In this document: piece after piece, positions 9,695 through 20,700 of the stretch
Layout: each line of letters opens with the position of its first letter
How positions within the stretch are numbered: the first letter of the stretch is position 1
Virus record (IMG/VR): IMGVR_UViG_3300045999_009829
Source: a virus
Strand: one strand, 5' to 3'
DNA: 64,000 bases
Translations under genes and position numbers: made by a program
Notes under the pieces: generated by a model
What the model saw: the letters and a program-made list of their open reading frames with translations, nothing else
Databases searched by the model: none
What the model was told of the DNA's origin: nothing

Positions 9695-10867
9695 TTAAAC
9701 TGACTTGCGGGCCAGGGCATTTTGAACACCAGCTGATATATCAAGCCATTGGGTACCTGGTACCTGTACCGGTGAGGACCTAGTGATTCCGGTGTTGTCA
9801 CCGAGTTCTGCAAATCTATTTCTACCCCAAGACCATAAGGTCCCATCCGATTTACGCGCTAGGGTAAAAGGATCTAGTCCGACCCCACCAGCAGACACCT
9901 CAATCCAGGATGTACCTGGTATTTGTGTCGGTGATGATCTTAGGACTCTATCATTTAAACCAAGTTCTCCATTAAAGTTTCTACCCCAGACCCATAAGGT
10001 GTTATCGGACTTGCGAGCTACAGAAACATAGTTTTTTGTCGACACCTCAACCCATGAGGTACCTGGTACTTGTACCGGAGAGGACCTATCGACTCTATCA
10101 TTTAAACCAAGTTGCCCATTACCATTATATCCCCAGGACCATAGAGTCCCATCTGACTTGCGAGCTAAGACGGGACCGGTTCCCGCACCACCAGCAGGAG
10201 ACATTTCCACCCATGAGGTACCTGGTATTTGTGTCGGTGATGATCTTTGGACTCTATCATTTAAACCAAGCTGCCCGAGAACATTATACCCCCAAGACCA
10301 TAGAGTTCCATCTGTCTTTCTAGCTAGTGAGACTATACCCGAGGTCGCAATATCAGACCATGAGGTACCCGGTATTTGTGTCGGTGAGGACCTACTGTCC
10401 GCCGGATAGGCAGCTGAGGTATTAAGTCCAAGACGACCATTACCATTATACCCCCATGACCACAGAGTCCCATCTGACTTGCGAGCTAGGGAAAGGGACA
10501 TGCCAGCTGCTACCTCGACCCATGAGGTACCTGGTACCTGTATCGGAGAGGATCTATTGACCAACGTATTGTCACCGAGGATGCCAAATTGGTTATATCC
10601 CCATGACCACAGAGTCCTATCTGATTTTCTGGCTAGGGAATGGTTACCACCAGCTGAAATTTCCATCCATGAGATACCGGGTACTTGTATCGGAGAGGAC
10701 ACTTTGCCTGTAGTGTTGTTACCGAGTTGCCCACCATAACCTGTACCCCAAGCCCATAGTGAACCTGGATCATTTGCCGGACTGTAGCACACCCACTTGT
10801 TGGCGCTGATCTTCAGGTAGACCTCGTCGAGGCTCCATACCCCGCAGTCGGCATTAGTTACAGGCAC
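9695..10867 (-). CDS. RCC1-repeat beta-propeller protein 2
   Basis: Seven repeats ARKSDGTLWSWGxNxxGxLG...RSSPxQxPGTSW. Confidence 0.85.
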   Translation of the reverse strand: MPVTNADCGVWSLDEVYLKISANKWVCYSPANDPGSLWAWGTGYGGQLGNNTTGKVSSPIQVPGISWMEISAGGNHSLARKSDRTLWSWGYNQFGILGDNTLVNRSSPIQVPGTSWVEVAAGMSLSLARKSDGTLWSWGYNGNGRLGLNTSAAYPADSRSSPTQIPGTSWSDIATSGIVSLARKTDGTLWSWGYNVLGQLGLNDRVQRSSPTQIPGTSWVEMSPAGGAGTGPVLARKSDGTLWSWGYNGNGQLGLNDRVDRSSPVQVPGTSWVEVSTKNYVSVARKSDNTLWVWGRNFNGELGLNDRVLRSSPTQIPGTSWIEVSAGGVGLDPFTLARKSDGTLWSWGRNRFAELGDNTGITRSSPVQVPGTQWLDISAGVQNALARKSV

Positions 10868-10868
10868 A

Positions 10869-11591
10869 TCAGCCCCCTTCGATCACCTGGTATCTAGCCC
10901 CGAGTTCCGGACCGTAGTGCCTGACTTGGAGAGGAACTTCTTTGTCGACCATCTGTCCGTTCTCGAACACCTGTTCGGTCCTCGTTCCGATGGTCTCAAG
11001 CTTGAAGAACTCCTGCCAGGATCCCCATGGATCTGCGGCGTCGAATTGAAAGCCGTTGATCCTGTCGAGCTGCTTGCCCCTGAGTCCGGCGATGATGGCT
11101 TCCTTTGTCCTGAAGCTCTCGTGGTTGGCTACGATCCTCTCGGCCAGGACCTGCACGGTGACGCCGCGAACTGAAGCCTCCGTCTCGAGGACTGGCTTTA
11201 CTCCTGGATCGCCGGCAAGGTATGCCTTGGCCTGCTCGTACTTGTAGATGCCGGCGATGGATGCCGTGTCGTCGTACTTGCCCTGCAGGTAGACTCTTCG
11301 GAGTCCACGCTCTTCCTCGAACAGCTGCTCCCTGGCTCTGTCGACCTCTCTGTCAAGATTGGCCTTGACCGCGTCGGCAAACTCCTGCGGCGTGAGCTCC
11401 CAGCACTGATTCTCTGGGTTGGGCTCTGCATCCTCTGACACGGTACCATACCAGAAGCACGAGTTGATGCCGTCCTGCATTAGGATCTGCAGGCCGTCAA
11501 GGTCCGGATTCTTGGGTCCCTCCTTGGAGGTCTCCCTGTTGACTGAGATCCCAGTGATCGAGTCGACCTGAGTGAACTTGAAGTATCTCAT
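10869..11591 (-). CDS. Putative tail-fibre assembly/chaperone protein
   Basis: Lies between two RCC1 genes; YEQAKAY...LETEASVRGVTVQVLAERIVAN resembles phage tail-fibre assembly proteins. Confidence 0.45.
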   Translation of the reverse strand: MRYFKFTQVDSITGISVNRETSKEGPKNPDLDGLQILMQDGINSCFWYGTVSEDAEPNPENQCWELTPQEFADAVKANLDREVDRAREQLFEEERGLRRVYLQGKYDDTASIAGIYKYEQAKAYLAGDPGVKPVLETEASVRGVTVQVLAERIVANHESFRTKEAIIAGLRGKQLDRINGFQFDAADPWGSWQEFFKLETIGTRTEQVFENGQMVDKEVPLQVRHYGPELGARYQVIEGG

Positions 11592-11625
11592 TTGTACTGT
11601 GTCTCCATAGAGATCTTACTAATTA

Positions 11626-12771
11626 TTAGACAGCCTTCCGGGCTGCGGTGTGACTACCTGTAGCACCGACAGAGACTTCGGTCCACTGGGTACCTGGTAT
11701 CTGAATCGGTGATGATCTTTGGATGGCTGTATTATCACCTAGTCGACCAGACCCATTGCATCCCCATGTCCACAGGGTCCCGTCGGACTTCCGAGCTGCG
11801 GTGTGACAACCGCCACTAGAGACTTCGGTCCACTGGGTCCCTGGCACCTGAATTGGGGATGACCTTGAAAGGATGTTGCTGTTGTCACCTAGTTGACCAA
11901 ACCCATTGCATCCCCATGTCCACAGGGTCCCATCTGACTTCCGGGCAGCGGTGTGATAACCACCACTAGAGACTTCGGTCCACTGGGTCCCTGGCACCTG
12001 AATTGGAGATGACCTATTAATACTTGTATTGTCACCTAATCGGCCCCAATTATTAAAACCCCATGCCCACAGGGTCCCATCTGACTTCCGGGCTGCGGTG
12101 TGACAAAGACCACCCGAGACTTCGGTCCACTGAGTACCGGGTATTTGAACTGGTGATGACCTTGAAATGACTGTCCCATCACCCAGCTCAGCGGATCCAT
12201 TTAATCCCCATGCCCACAGGGTCCCATCTGACTTCCGGGCTACGGTGTGACGACCACCACTAGAGACTTCGGTCCACTGGGTCCCTGGCACCTGAATAGG
12301 TGATGACCTTGAAATGGCTGTACTGTCGCCTAGTCGACCAGCAACGTTGTCACCCCATGTCCACAGGGTCCCGTCGGACTTCCGGGCTGCGGTGTGACAA
12401 CCACCACTGGAGACTTCGGTCCACTGGGTCCCTGACACCTGAATTGGAGATGATCTGCTTACAAGGCCGATCAGATCTACACCGAGCTCACCGCTGCCGC
12501 TGCTACCCCATGTCCACAGAGTCCCATCTGACTTCCGGGCTGCGGTGTGATAACCGCCACTAGAGACTTCGGTCCATTGGGTCCCTGGCACCTGCACTGG
12601 TGATGACCTATTAACACTTGTATTGTCGCCTAGTCGGCCGAACGCGTTTAAACCCCATGTCCACAGGGTTCCCGGATCATTGTCTCGATTATAAATCACC
12701 CACCCGTTGTTCAGAATGGCGTCTCTTACATCCTGTAGTCTAAACGGCGCCTTAGTAGTGCTACCGCTCAT
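11626..12771 (-). CDS. RCC1-repeat beta-propeller protein 3
   Basis: Seven near-identical repeats QWTEVSSGGxHTAARKSDGTLWxWG. Confidence 0.85.
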   Translation of the reverse strand: MSGSTTKAPFRLQDVRDAILNNGWVIYNRDNDPGTLWTWGLNAFGRLGDNTSVNRSSPVQVPGTQWTEVSSGGYHTAARKSDGTLWTWGSSGSGELGVDLIGLVSRSSPIQVSGTQWTEVSSGGCHTAARKSDGTLWTWGDNVAGRLGDSTAISRSSPIQVPGTQWTEVSSGGRHTVARKSDGTLWAWGLNGSAELGDGTVISRSSPVQIPGTQWTEVSGGLCHTAARKSDGTLWAWGFNNWGRLGDNTSINRSSPIQVPGTQWTEVSSGGYHTAARKSDGTLWTWGCNGFGQLGDNSNILSRSSPIQVPGTQWTEVSSGGCHTAARKSDGTLWTWGCNGSGRLGDNTAIQRSSPIQIPGTQWTEVSVGATGSHTAARKAV

Positions 12772-14522
12772 CAGATGAGTCTCCCAGACACCGCAGCCTC
12801 AAGCCTATTGCCCACGTTGGCGTAGACTCTGATCTTGAAGCCGCTCGGTAGGTACTTGGCCTGCTCTAGGATCTCAACCGTCGCGTCGGCTGGAATGATC
12901 AGGTCATAGCAGTAGTAGCCCTGGATATTGTTGGAGCCATCAGTCCAGACCACACGAGCCTTGACGTCGTTGACTCCGTCGTCATTGCTCAATAGCACCG
13001 ACTGGATGACAGCGTTGCCGGACGCAGTGTAGAGGTCCGTAAACGTAGCGTCAGCAGTGATGTCCACGCCAGCCCCAAACAGGTTGGTGCTTGTCTGGGT
13101 CTCGTACGTGATCGTGGCGTGCAGAGGAGTGTTGTCCTGAACCTGGATGCTCAGCACGTCAGATGGCTGCATGACCTTGGGCATCTTCAAGAGCTCGACT
13201 GCAGACTCTACAGGCAGAGGAACTGTGGTAGCAAGGGATACGTTGGCATATGTTGCCCCGTTGATCTTAGCAGTCACGCCGCTGTTTGCCGTTCCGATGT
13301 TGGTCACGTGGATGGAGTACACGATGTACCTGAGACCAGCAGTTCCTGGAGCCGTGAATGCCGGTGACAGAGTCGAGTTAGCAGCAAAGCCGACCGAGGC
13401 GGTGAGACTGGTGTTGAACAGTCCGCTGCCACCGCTAGCTGCAACGTTGGCCCAATACACGCCCGTACCGTTTGATGACAGCACCTGACCTGATGTGCCA
13501 AACGTACCGTTTGCTTGGATTCCGGCGCCGTTGGAGATGATGAGCTCGCCGGTTGCAGATATAGTCAGGTTTGCCGTGACGTTGGCAGACCCAGAAATGA
13601 CCACATTGCCACCGAATGTCGAGGTGGTGTTGGATATTATAACGTTGGTGGCGGTATTACCGACTCGTATGTTAGTCAGTCCGAGGCTTGTGGTGCTAGT
13701 AGAGTTCGATATAAGGATGACAGAGTTTGAGTGCTGGGTGTTGACCGTGGTGTTACCGACAATCACGTTAGTCTGGTAGGTGTGCACTCCCGTGATGGTG
13801 TAGGCGGCAGAGGTGTTGACAAACATAGAGGAGTTGACGTGCACGCCAGTGGTGTTGACTACCGTACCGGTTCCCTGCACGACAAGCAAGGATCCTGTGC
13901 TGGTTATTGGCCCACCACTAAGTCCGTTGCCGCTGGCTACATTGGTGACGCCGGTAGCCGCAGGTGTGCTCCAGTAAATACCAGTTCCGTTCGAAGAGAG
14001 GACTTGCCCAGACGTGCCGACCGACCCGTTAGCCACCAGAGCTGCTGTGCTAAGGAAGGTGACATCGCCTGCAACACTCAGGGTGTTTGAAAGAACTGCT
14101 GCCCCGGTAACGGTGATGGTGTTAGAGAACGTGGAGTTGCCAGTGACTGAGACGGTGTTAGACGTGACTGAGACGGTGTTAGACGTGATTGTAAAGGTGT
14201 TTACGGCCGCCGTAATGACTTGAGTCGTGGTGTTTGCAGCTACAGAGAATAGGTTTGCTGTCGTGTACCTAAAGGCTGAATTTGAAAGTATGAGGAGAGA
14301 GCTATTGGTCGACACGTTCCCGCCGACCAGACCGCTTCCGGCATAGAGCACGTCTGCGCCGAAGTGGCCCTGGACATACCCGTTACCGACCGTCAGTGAG
14401 CCTCCAGTTGTAGAGTCGGTGGTGACGGTGTTCTGCGTCATCAAGTTAGCGAGTCGGTTAGTTACCGATAGCCAAGACCCGAATGTCTGCGTATTTGAAA
14501 CTGGTGTAACAGTTATTGTCAT
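12771..14522 (-). CDS. Tail fibre-like virion protein
   Basis: T/S/N/G/V-rich beta sequence, duplicated GTSGQVLSSNGTGxYW motif, N-terminal TFxxW attachment-type motif; follows the baseplate genes. Confidence 0.7.
   Translation of the reverse strand: MTITVTPVSNTQTFGSWLSVTNRLANLMTQNTVTTDSTTGGSLTVGNGYVQGHFGADVLYAGSGLVGGNVSTNSSLLILSNSAFRYTTANLFSVAANTTTQVITAAVNTFTITSNTVSVTSNTVSVTGNSTFSNTITVTGAAVLSNTLSVAGDVTFLSTAALVANGSVGTSGQVLSSNGTGIYWSTPAATGVTNVASGNGLSGGPITSTGSLLVVQGTGTVVNTTGVHVNSSMFVNTSAAYTITGVHTYQTNVIVGNTTVNTQHSNSVILISNSTSTTSLGLTNIRVGNTATNVIISNTTSTFGGNVVISGSANVTANLTISATGELIISNGAGIQANGTFGTSGQVLSSNGTGVYWANVAASGGSGLFNTSLTASVGFAANSTLSPAFTAPGTAGLRYIVYSIHVTNIGTANSGVTAKINGATYANVSLATTVPLPVESAVELLKMPKVMQPSDVLSIQVQDNTPLHATITYETQTSTNLFGAGVDITADATFTDLYTASGNAVIQSVLLSNDDGVNDVKARVVWTDGSNNIQGYYCYDLIIPADATVEILEQAKYLPSGFKIRVYANVGNRLEAAVSGRLI
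14143..14188. repeat. 21-bp in-frame tandem duplication (TSNTVSV x2)
   Basis: gtgactgagacggtgttagac repeated twice exactly. Confidence 0.9.
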
Positions 14523-14737
14523 CTCTGCCCTACTAGATCCTTGAGGAGACCCTTGATCTCTCTGAGTTCACTCTTGAGCTCGTCGTGCTCTCTGAGAACT
14601 CTGTCGATCGCCGCCTCCTTGGCCTTTCTTGTTTTATAGCTCTGCAGAGCCAAACTATCTGTATTTAGGATAGCCGATGAAGAGGTGTCTCGAACTAGAC
14701 TCTCTTCATCCTTGACCTTTAAGTACTGATTCATCAT
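14519..14737 (-). CDS. Small coiled-coil protein typical of T4-like virion modules
   Basis: LVRDxxSxAILNTD...ELREIKGLL. Confidence 0.65.
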   Translation of the reverse strand: MMNQYLKVKDEESLVRDTSSSAILNTDSLALQSYKTRKAKEAAIDRVLREHDELKSELREIKGLLKDLVGQR

Positions 14738-17700
14738 GTCTGCAGGGCGATTGCGCGCATGTCGGAGACCCTGGGAACTATGTGGGACCCCTCCTCGGTG
14801 GTCATCACTATCTTCACCGCGAACGTCTTGTATGAGTGCACGTGAGCGCCCGTACTGGTGTAGTAGGAGACCACATTGCTCAGGGACAGGTCCTTGAATG
14901 CAGTCTGCGGCACCACGTACAGGGATGCTGTGTTCGCAGAAGCCGCCGGAGTGATGGTAACCGGAGTCGACGTGCCCGCCGTAGCAAGTCTGACCGCGGT
15001 CGTGTTAGAGGTGAACACGCTGTAGAAGCCGTTCGATATGCTGTTTGATGCGGTACCGATGTAGTAGACCAGCGTGCCGATGTCGAGCGGAGTCGTGTTC
15101 GAGATCGTGATGGTGTTGGATGATATGCTCGTGTTGGTGAACGTGCCGTAGACAGCGTAGTCAGCCATTGCGGTGTTCGACGCCGCGTTGACTGCATACT
15201 TGAATGGCAGATCGTACACGAACTCCTTGAAGTCGTTTCGATCGACTCTGCTTGACACCACCGCAGATGACGTATTCTGGTTGAGGGGCGTCCACCACTT
15301 GTTCTCGATGCCCTCAGCGTCCTCGCCGTTCAGGAACTTTGCATACACCGTTATGTCGGTGTTGGACGGCTTGTAGGCTGACAGGTACACCTGGAGATCC
15401 TCGGCGTCCTGACCCTCAGCCAGAACAACTCTCTTGGAGATGTACTTTGCGCCCGTGTTGCCGCCCGTGGGATAGGTCTCTCTGGCAAGGGTAGAGGTGT
15501 TGCCGGAGACATTTCGTAGTGTGACTATGTTGGACTTGATGTCGTCGATGAACGGCGAAGTCTTGTTTGTTGTAGCAGTGAGAGGGATGGTCACCTCGAC
15601 ACTCTTTGCGCCGCCCGCCTGCAGTTCGTTGGAGTACGACCTGATGGTCCTCTCACGATCTGTAAAGAACGTCTCAAGGTCGCCGGTCATGGTCGTGTAG
15701 ACCGCGTCGTTGGTAGTGGCGTTGGATCCCTTCATCTGCAGGTACGCGGACGTGCCAGTGGGCGAGATATAAGAGAACTGCGGGATGACCACCGAGTAGA
15801 CCAGGTTGTCGACTGACACCAGATTGGCCTTGGCCCGTGACTCCTCGCCGATAAGGATTGCGTTTGCGGTGCCCGTGACCACGTTTCCAAATCCCGACGT
15901 GGAGTTGGCAGAGGACCTCTCCAGGTGCACGATACCTGTGTCCAGAGAGACCCTGGACATGTAGCCGAACAGAGCGCCGTTCGACTTCAGGTAACCGATG
16001 GAGCAGTTGCCGTCAGTGAACGAGAGTATGGAATCAACCACCACGTGACTCGCGTTAGGGACGCTGGTGATGAACCTCACGTCGGTCGTGTTTCCGGTGT
16101 TGGACGTCACGTAGATGTAGCTGCCGTTCGCGAACAGGGCCTGCGCGTTCGAGGTCGAGTTGGCGATCACGGCGATGGCGTTAGATGAGTTGCTAGTCGA
16201 CACGTTGGAAGAGATGATGTTCACGGCATTGCTGACATACACCTTCTCTCCGGCAAGGAAGAAGCCGCCGAAGTTGTTGGCAGTCAGGTACTCGGTGTTG
16301 GAGTTCTTGTACACCGCAGTGCCCGATGTAGTCGTGAAGTTCTTCCTGTGGATGACAAACTTGATGTCTTCCTTCTGGAACGGAGTCCAGATCCTGTTTG
16401 TCGACGATGTGAACATGACGCCGGTCGAGTTGTTGAAGTAGACTGGGTTGCCAGTTCTGATGTCGGTAGCCCCGAGCTCTCCGAGCCAGATGTTGTACCC
16501 GTCGTTGGATCCGTCAGGCATCACGACAAAGCAATACTCTGAGCCAGCCTTGAGGAACACGGGAGTGTCAAACTCGAACGAGGTCACTGCCGTCGAGTCG
16601 TTGCTGACGGTGACCTGAGCGGCAGTCAGGTGCTTCCTGCCGAACGGCACGATCTTAAGCGTCGGTGACCCGTTCTCGACTTCGCGGATCTGAACCTCGA
16701 CACCGAGCGTGGGGTGCTTGGTCCTGAAGAACAGGTCAAGCTTCTTCATGAAGATGCCGGTGTTATCCTCGATCTCGTTGATGAGGAACGTCTGCGCGAT
16801 GGGGTCCCATTGCTGAACTGTTGTGTTGATGACTGTACTGGAGACCGTTCTGGATGAAACTCTAGTTCCCTGAGTCACGTTCACGGTGTTGATCGCGATG
16901 TCAGGAAGTCTTGAGTTGAGCCCTAGTCTGGCCTTCGTGATCGTGATGTTGCTGGCAGAGTAGGTGGCTGCAGCCTGTGTCGTTACAGAATCAGCTGCCA
17001 CGACTAGATCGTCAACGTCGACAAGCCTAAAGACTCTATCACCCGTCTTGAAGGTCTCAGCCGGGATGATGAACCTTCCTTGAATTGTTCCAAGAGAGTC
17101 CGTCACAAGGGGATCACCCAGGCTTATAGATGAGGTAGGAGAGCAATGCTGAGACACCGGCTGACCGTCAAAGTATGCATACACCCGGGTATTCGGCTTT
17201 AGGTTTGTAGCGCTGAAGCTTATCCTGCGAGGCCTGATGAACTGCTGGATTGCAATGTCCTGAACCACGTCGCCGAAGTCGAATGACGTGTTGAGAGTCG
17301 ACGCACTGAAGTCGAGGTCAGATCTAATAGTCGTTTCGGTTGTTGTTGCTACTACGTCTCTGGTTGTGGTAGTGGTTTGAGTCCAATTTTGTCTATTTAC
17401 TGTTGTAGAGGTTCTGTCGACTGTTGTCGTAACCGGTGAGCTGCTGACGATGCGCTCAACACCTGTGAGGTTTGGCAGAGCATTGATCAGAGGGGTGAGA
17501 CCAGACAGGTCGAAGTTTGCAACCACGTCTGGGTTTCTGTCGATGTCTGGCTGTGCGTCGCCGCCGGGCGTCAACTCGATGTTGCCCGTCCAGACGTAGA
17601 TGATGTTCTCTACGCAGTTTCGCACCTTCGATGCAAAGGGCTGCTCGATGTATGGGACCGTGTTGCCTACCAGCGTTATGAGGTTTCCTTCCTTCACGAC

Positions 17701-20700
17701 TCCGGTGCTTGCGCCCGTGTCCAGATCTAGATCAACGTAGGTGCGATTGACGGTCGGTGCCATCTCCTGCAGCTTGATGTCGATGGATGCCTTGAACTCG
17801 GGGCTGCTGGTGTCTGAAACAGTGAAGCCCTTGAACGGATCGACGATGAACCCGTTCTTGAACCTTTCAGCTCCCGTATCATCCTTTACAATCAGTGTCT
17901 TTGCAGACGATTCGAGAAGGGATAGAGATGTGTAGTACTCGAGTCGGGCCATCCTCTTGTCGATTGTGCCGATGTCGCGCATCGTGTACCTGCGATTCTG
18001 CTGCAGGTCGATAGTGACGCCGTACTCTGGCCTCTGGTATGTCCTGACATCAGCCTGTGACAGTGACGGATACGGGGAAATTGTCAGGACGCCGAGGGTC
18101 ATGGCGCCGTCAAGGTCTCTGGGCGATAGCGGATTAGCGGCCGGGGCTCCCTCGACCGTGTTGATAACGCCCTCTGGAGACAGGGCTATCTTGTCCTTCC
18201 TTCCCAGGTAATAAGAAAACGCTGTGTTGAAGTTCTTGTCGGGCGAAGGCGAATAGGCGCCATCCACGTCGATGAACAGGACCACGTTTGCAGATGGATT
18301 CTCGGTCGCGTTGGCTATGAGCGTAGCGCTGTTTGCGGTGTTGTTGGAGTACGGCCTGAAGTCGATGGAGTCTCTCAAGTCATACGACACGCCAGTTTCA
18401 GACGTGAACACAGGGATTTCCTGCGTCAGGATTGCCGTCGTGTTGGCGGTGTTGGCGTCGTCGATCGGATACGACATGACCGAGAAGTACCCGATGCCGC
18501 CCGAGTAGTCAGGAGTGAGGTGATCGAGCTCGACCAGAAGGCGATCGTTTGCGCCGACCGTGTGACCGCTGCCTGGCTTGATCGAGAGCTGAGCCAGCCC
18601 GTAGTAGCTTCCCTTCTGTCCGCTGTCAAGAGAGAACAGTCTGGACAGGTTCTGATTCGTGGTCGCGTATGAGGTGCCCTGGTAGACAGCTCTGATCTTT
18701 GTGACGTCGGCAATGCCAAGTGACCACGGGCCCTGGTTGCCTGCTGGGTGCGTGTTGGCCTGGATCTTGACAAAGCGATTCTTGTTGATGACCTTCGATG
18801 CCTGAACCGCCTGGTTTCTGAACGCGTCATAGTAGATGGTAGCGACAAATGTCGACGCCAGGTTGGTGCCTAGGTTGAAGGTAGCTGATGAGCCGTCAGA
18901 TGCAACCACCACGTTGGCGGAGTCATCCCTGGTAAACGGAATCGGTGCGCCTGCAGGGAAGTGTCTAGCTACCGTTGCAGTCGTGTTGGCGTAGCTGAAG
19001 TTCGCGTTCACCACCATGTGTGTGGTGTTGGTGATCGACGTGACCCTTCTGACGTTGAACACAGAGGAGTTGCCGACTGATACGTAGTCGCCCACCTCAA
19101 AGTTGGAGGTGAACACGGCGTTGCCTGTGACGTTGGGAGACGAGGTGTTCACGCTCACCGAGACCGCAGTCACGTTGACGGCATTTGCAGCCGTATTGGC
19201 TACCACTACGAACCTGAGCTCGTTTGCCTCTGAAAGAGATCCCGTCAGTGCAATGGTGTCCAGACCGCCCGGGTGCGAAGCGGCGGGAGTCAGTACGGCA
19301 GTGCCGTTTGCCTGGAACGTGCGTGTGCCCTTTGTCCTGTAGAAGAACGAGGTTGCAGTCGTGTTCACGGTCTGGATGGCACTGCGACCCAGGCTGAACA
19401 CCACATCAGGAGTGGCCGTCTCTCTAAGTACGGCTGAACCGCTGACCAACACCGCATCTGCATATCCAGCTACAGAGGCGCTGTCGGTGGCATAGACCGA
19501 GCGAACGTCGGCAAAGCTAAAGTTGCCGGCAGTTATGTTGATGTCGAACAGGTACATCCTGTACGTGCAGCTCGGGGTGCCCGGGATGCCGGAGTCGTAC
19601 TCCAGGCCTCTGACCTTGGCGGTGCCGATCAAGTTTGCCGGCGCAGATCCAGTCGGTGTGTAGTCGCCAGCTGTGAGCTTTGTAGCCGCAGTTGCGTACA
19701 GACCGACATCGTCGAGCGTGTTGATGTCAAAGACGCCAGCCAGCTCGTTGACGATGACGTAGTTTCCGTAGTTCGCGGTGACGATCTGGTTGGGGAAGTA
19801 GAGGGTATCAGTTCCCTTCCTGATGTTCGCGCGGTTGGTGTCGGCATACTCGACCCTGTAGCCCTGGACGTATCCGAGACCCCTGCCCACTTCAAGCACC
19901 AGGTTATTGGAGTTGGTGGTGTTTGACGCTACGCTGAGCTCGAATGGGTCAACAATGTAGTTGCCTGACTCCTCGAATGTCCTCCTCGCCATCTCGTTTC
20001 CGATCTTGGCGTACTGGGGATCAACGAGCTTGACTACGGGCTTACCGCCGTTGAAGTCGACAACAGAGAAGAAGTTCGAGGTGTTTGCCGCAGAGTTAGA
20101 GGTGTCGATGGGCCTTGTAGCGAGTCTGGGAAACAGCTTGAGCCTGTTTGCGCCGGGCGCATTGAAGTTCGGTGAACCCAGCGCATTGTCGAACAGAGAG
20201 GGATCACTGTCAGATGTGGCGATGGTCTCGTCAGTGATGAACCCGACCGTTAGGTCCTCTGGGCTGTTGTCGTACTTCGACACAACGATTGTCTGGGGCT
20301 GAACTGTAATGAAAAAGCCCTTGTTAAACACGGTGCCCTCGGATATGGACACCGCGTATCCGGTTCCGATGGGAGAATAGGCGGCATTTGCAACTGCCAG
20401 TTCCGCAACCTGAACGTCGTCTGGAGTCCTGATCTCTAGGACCTCGTCAGGATCGAACGTCCTCTGCTGAGCGCCGTTGGCGTAGTTTGTGGAGTTCAGG
20501 TACTTGACGTAGAAGGTGTTTAGGTTGGGGTCGTTGGTCTCTAGACCTGCAATAGCGTTAACGATGACAGCCTGGAGGTTTGCCGCTGACACCAGCTTGT
20601 CGCCGACAAAGTCACCGACGCTGATCACGAAGCCGTTTGTAGCGGTGTCTGTCACCTTGACGTAGGCATAGCCGTCGTCGAATGCCAGAGTGCATCCCTC

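Noticed and set aside
11640-12670. CRISPR-like repeat/spacer pattern
   Set aside because: The repeats are in-frame coding units of about 150 bp within one ORF; no cas genes are present.
5579-12771. Diversity-generating retroelement acting on the RCC1 genes
   Set aside because: No reverse transcriptase or non-coding template repeat in the window; differences between repeats are not limited to adenines and include indels.
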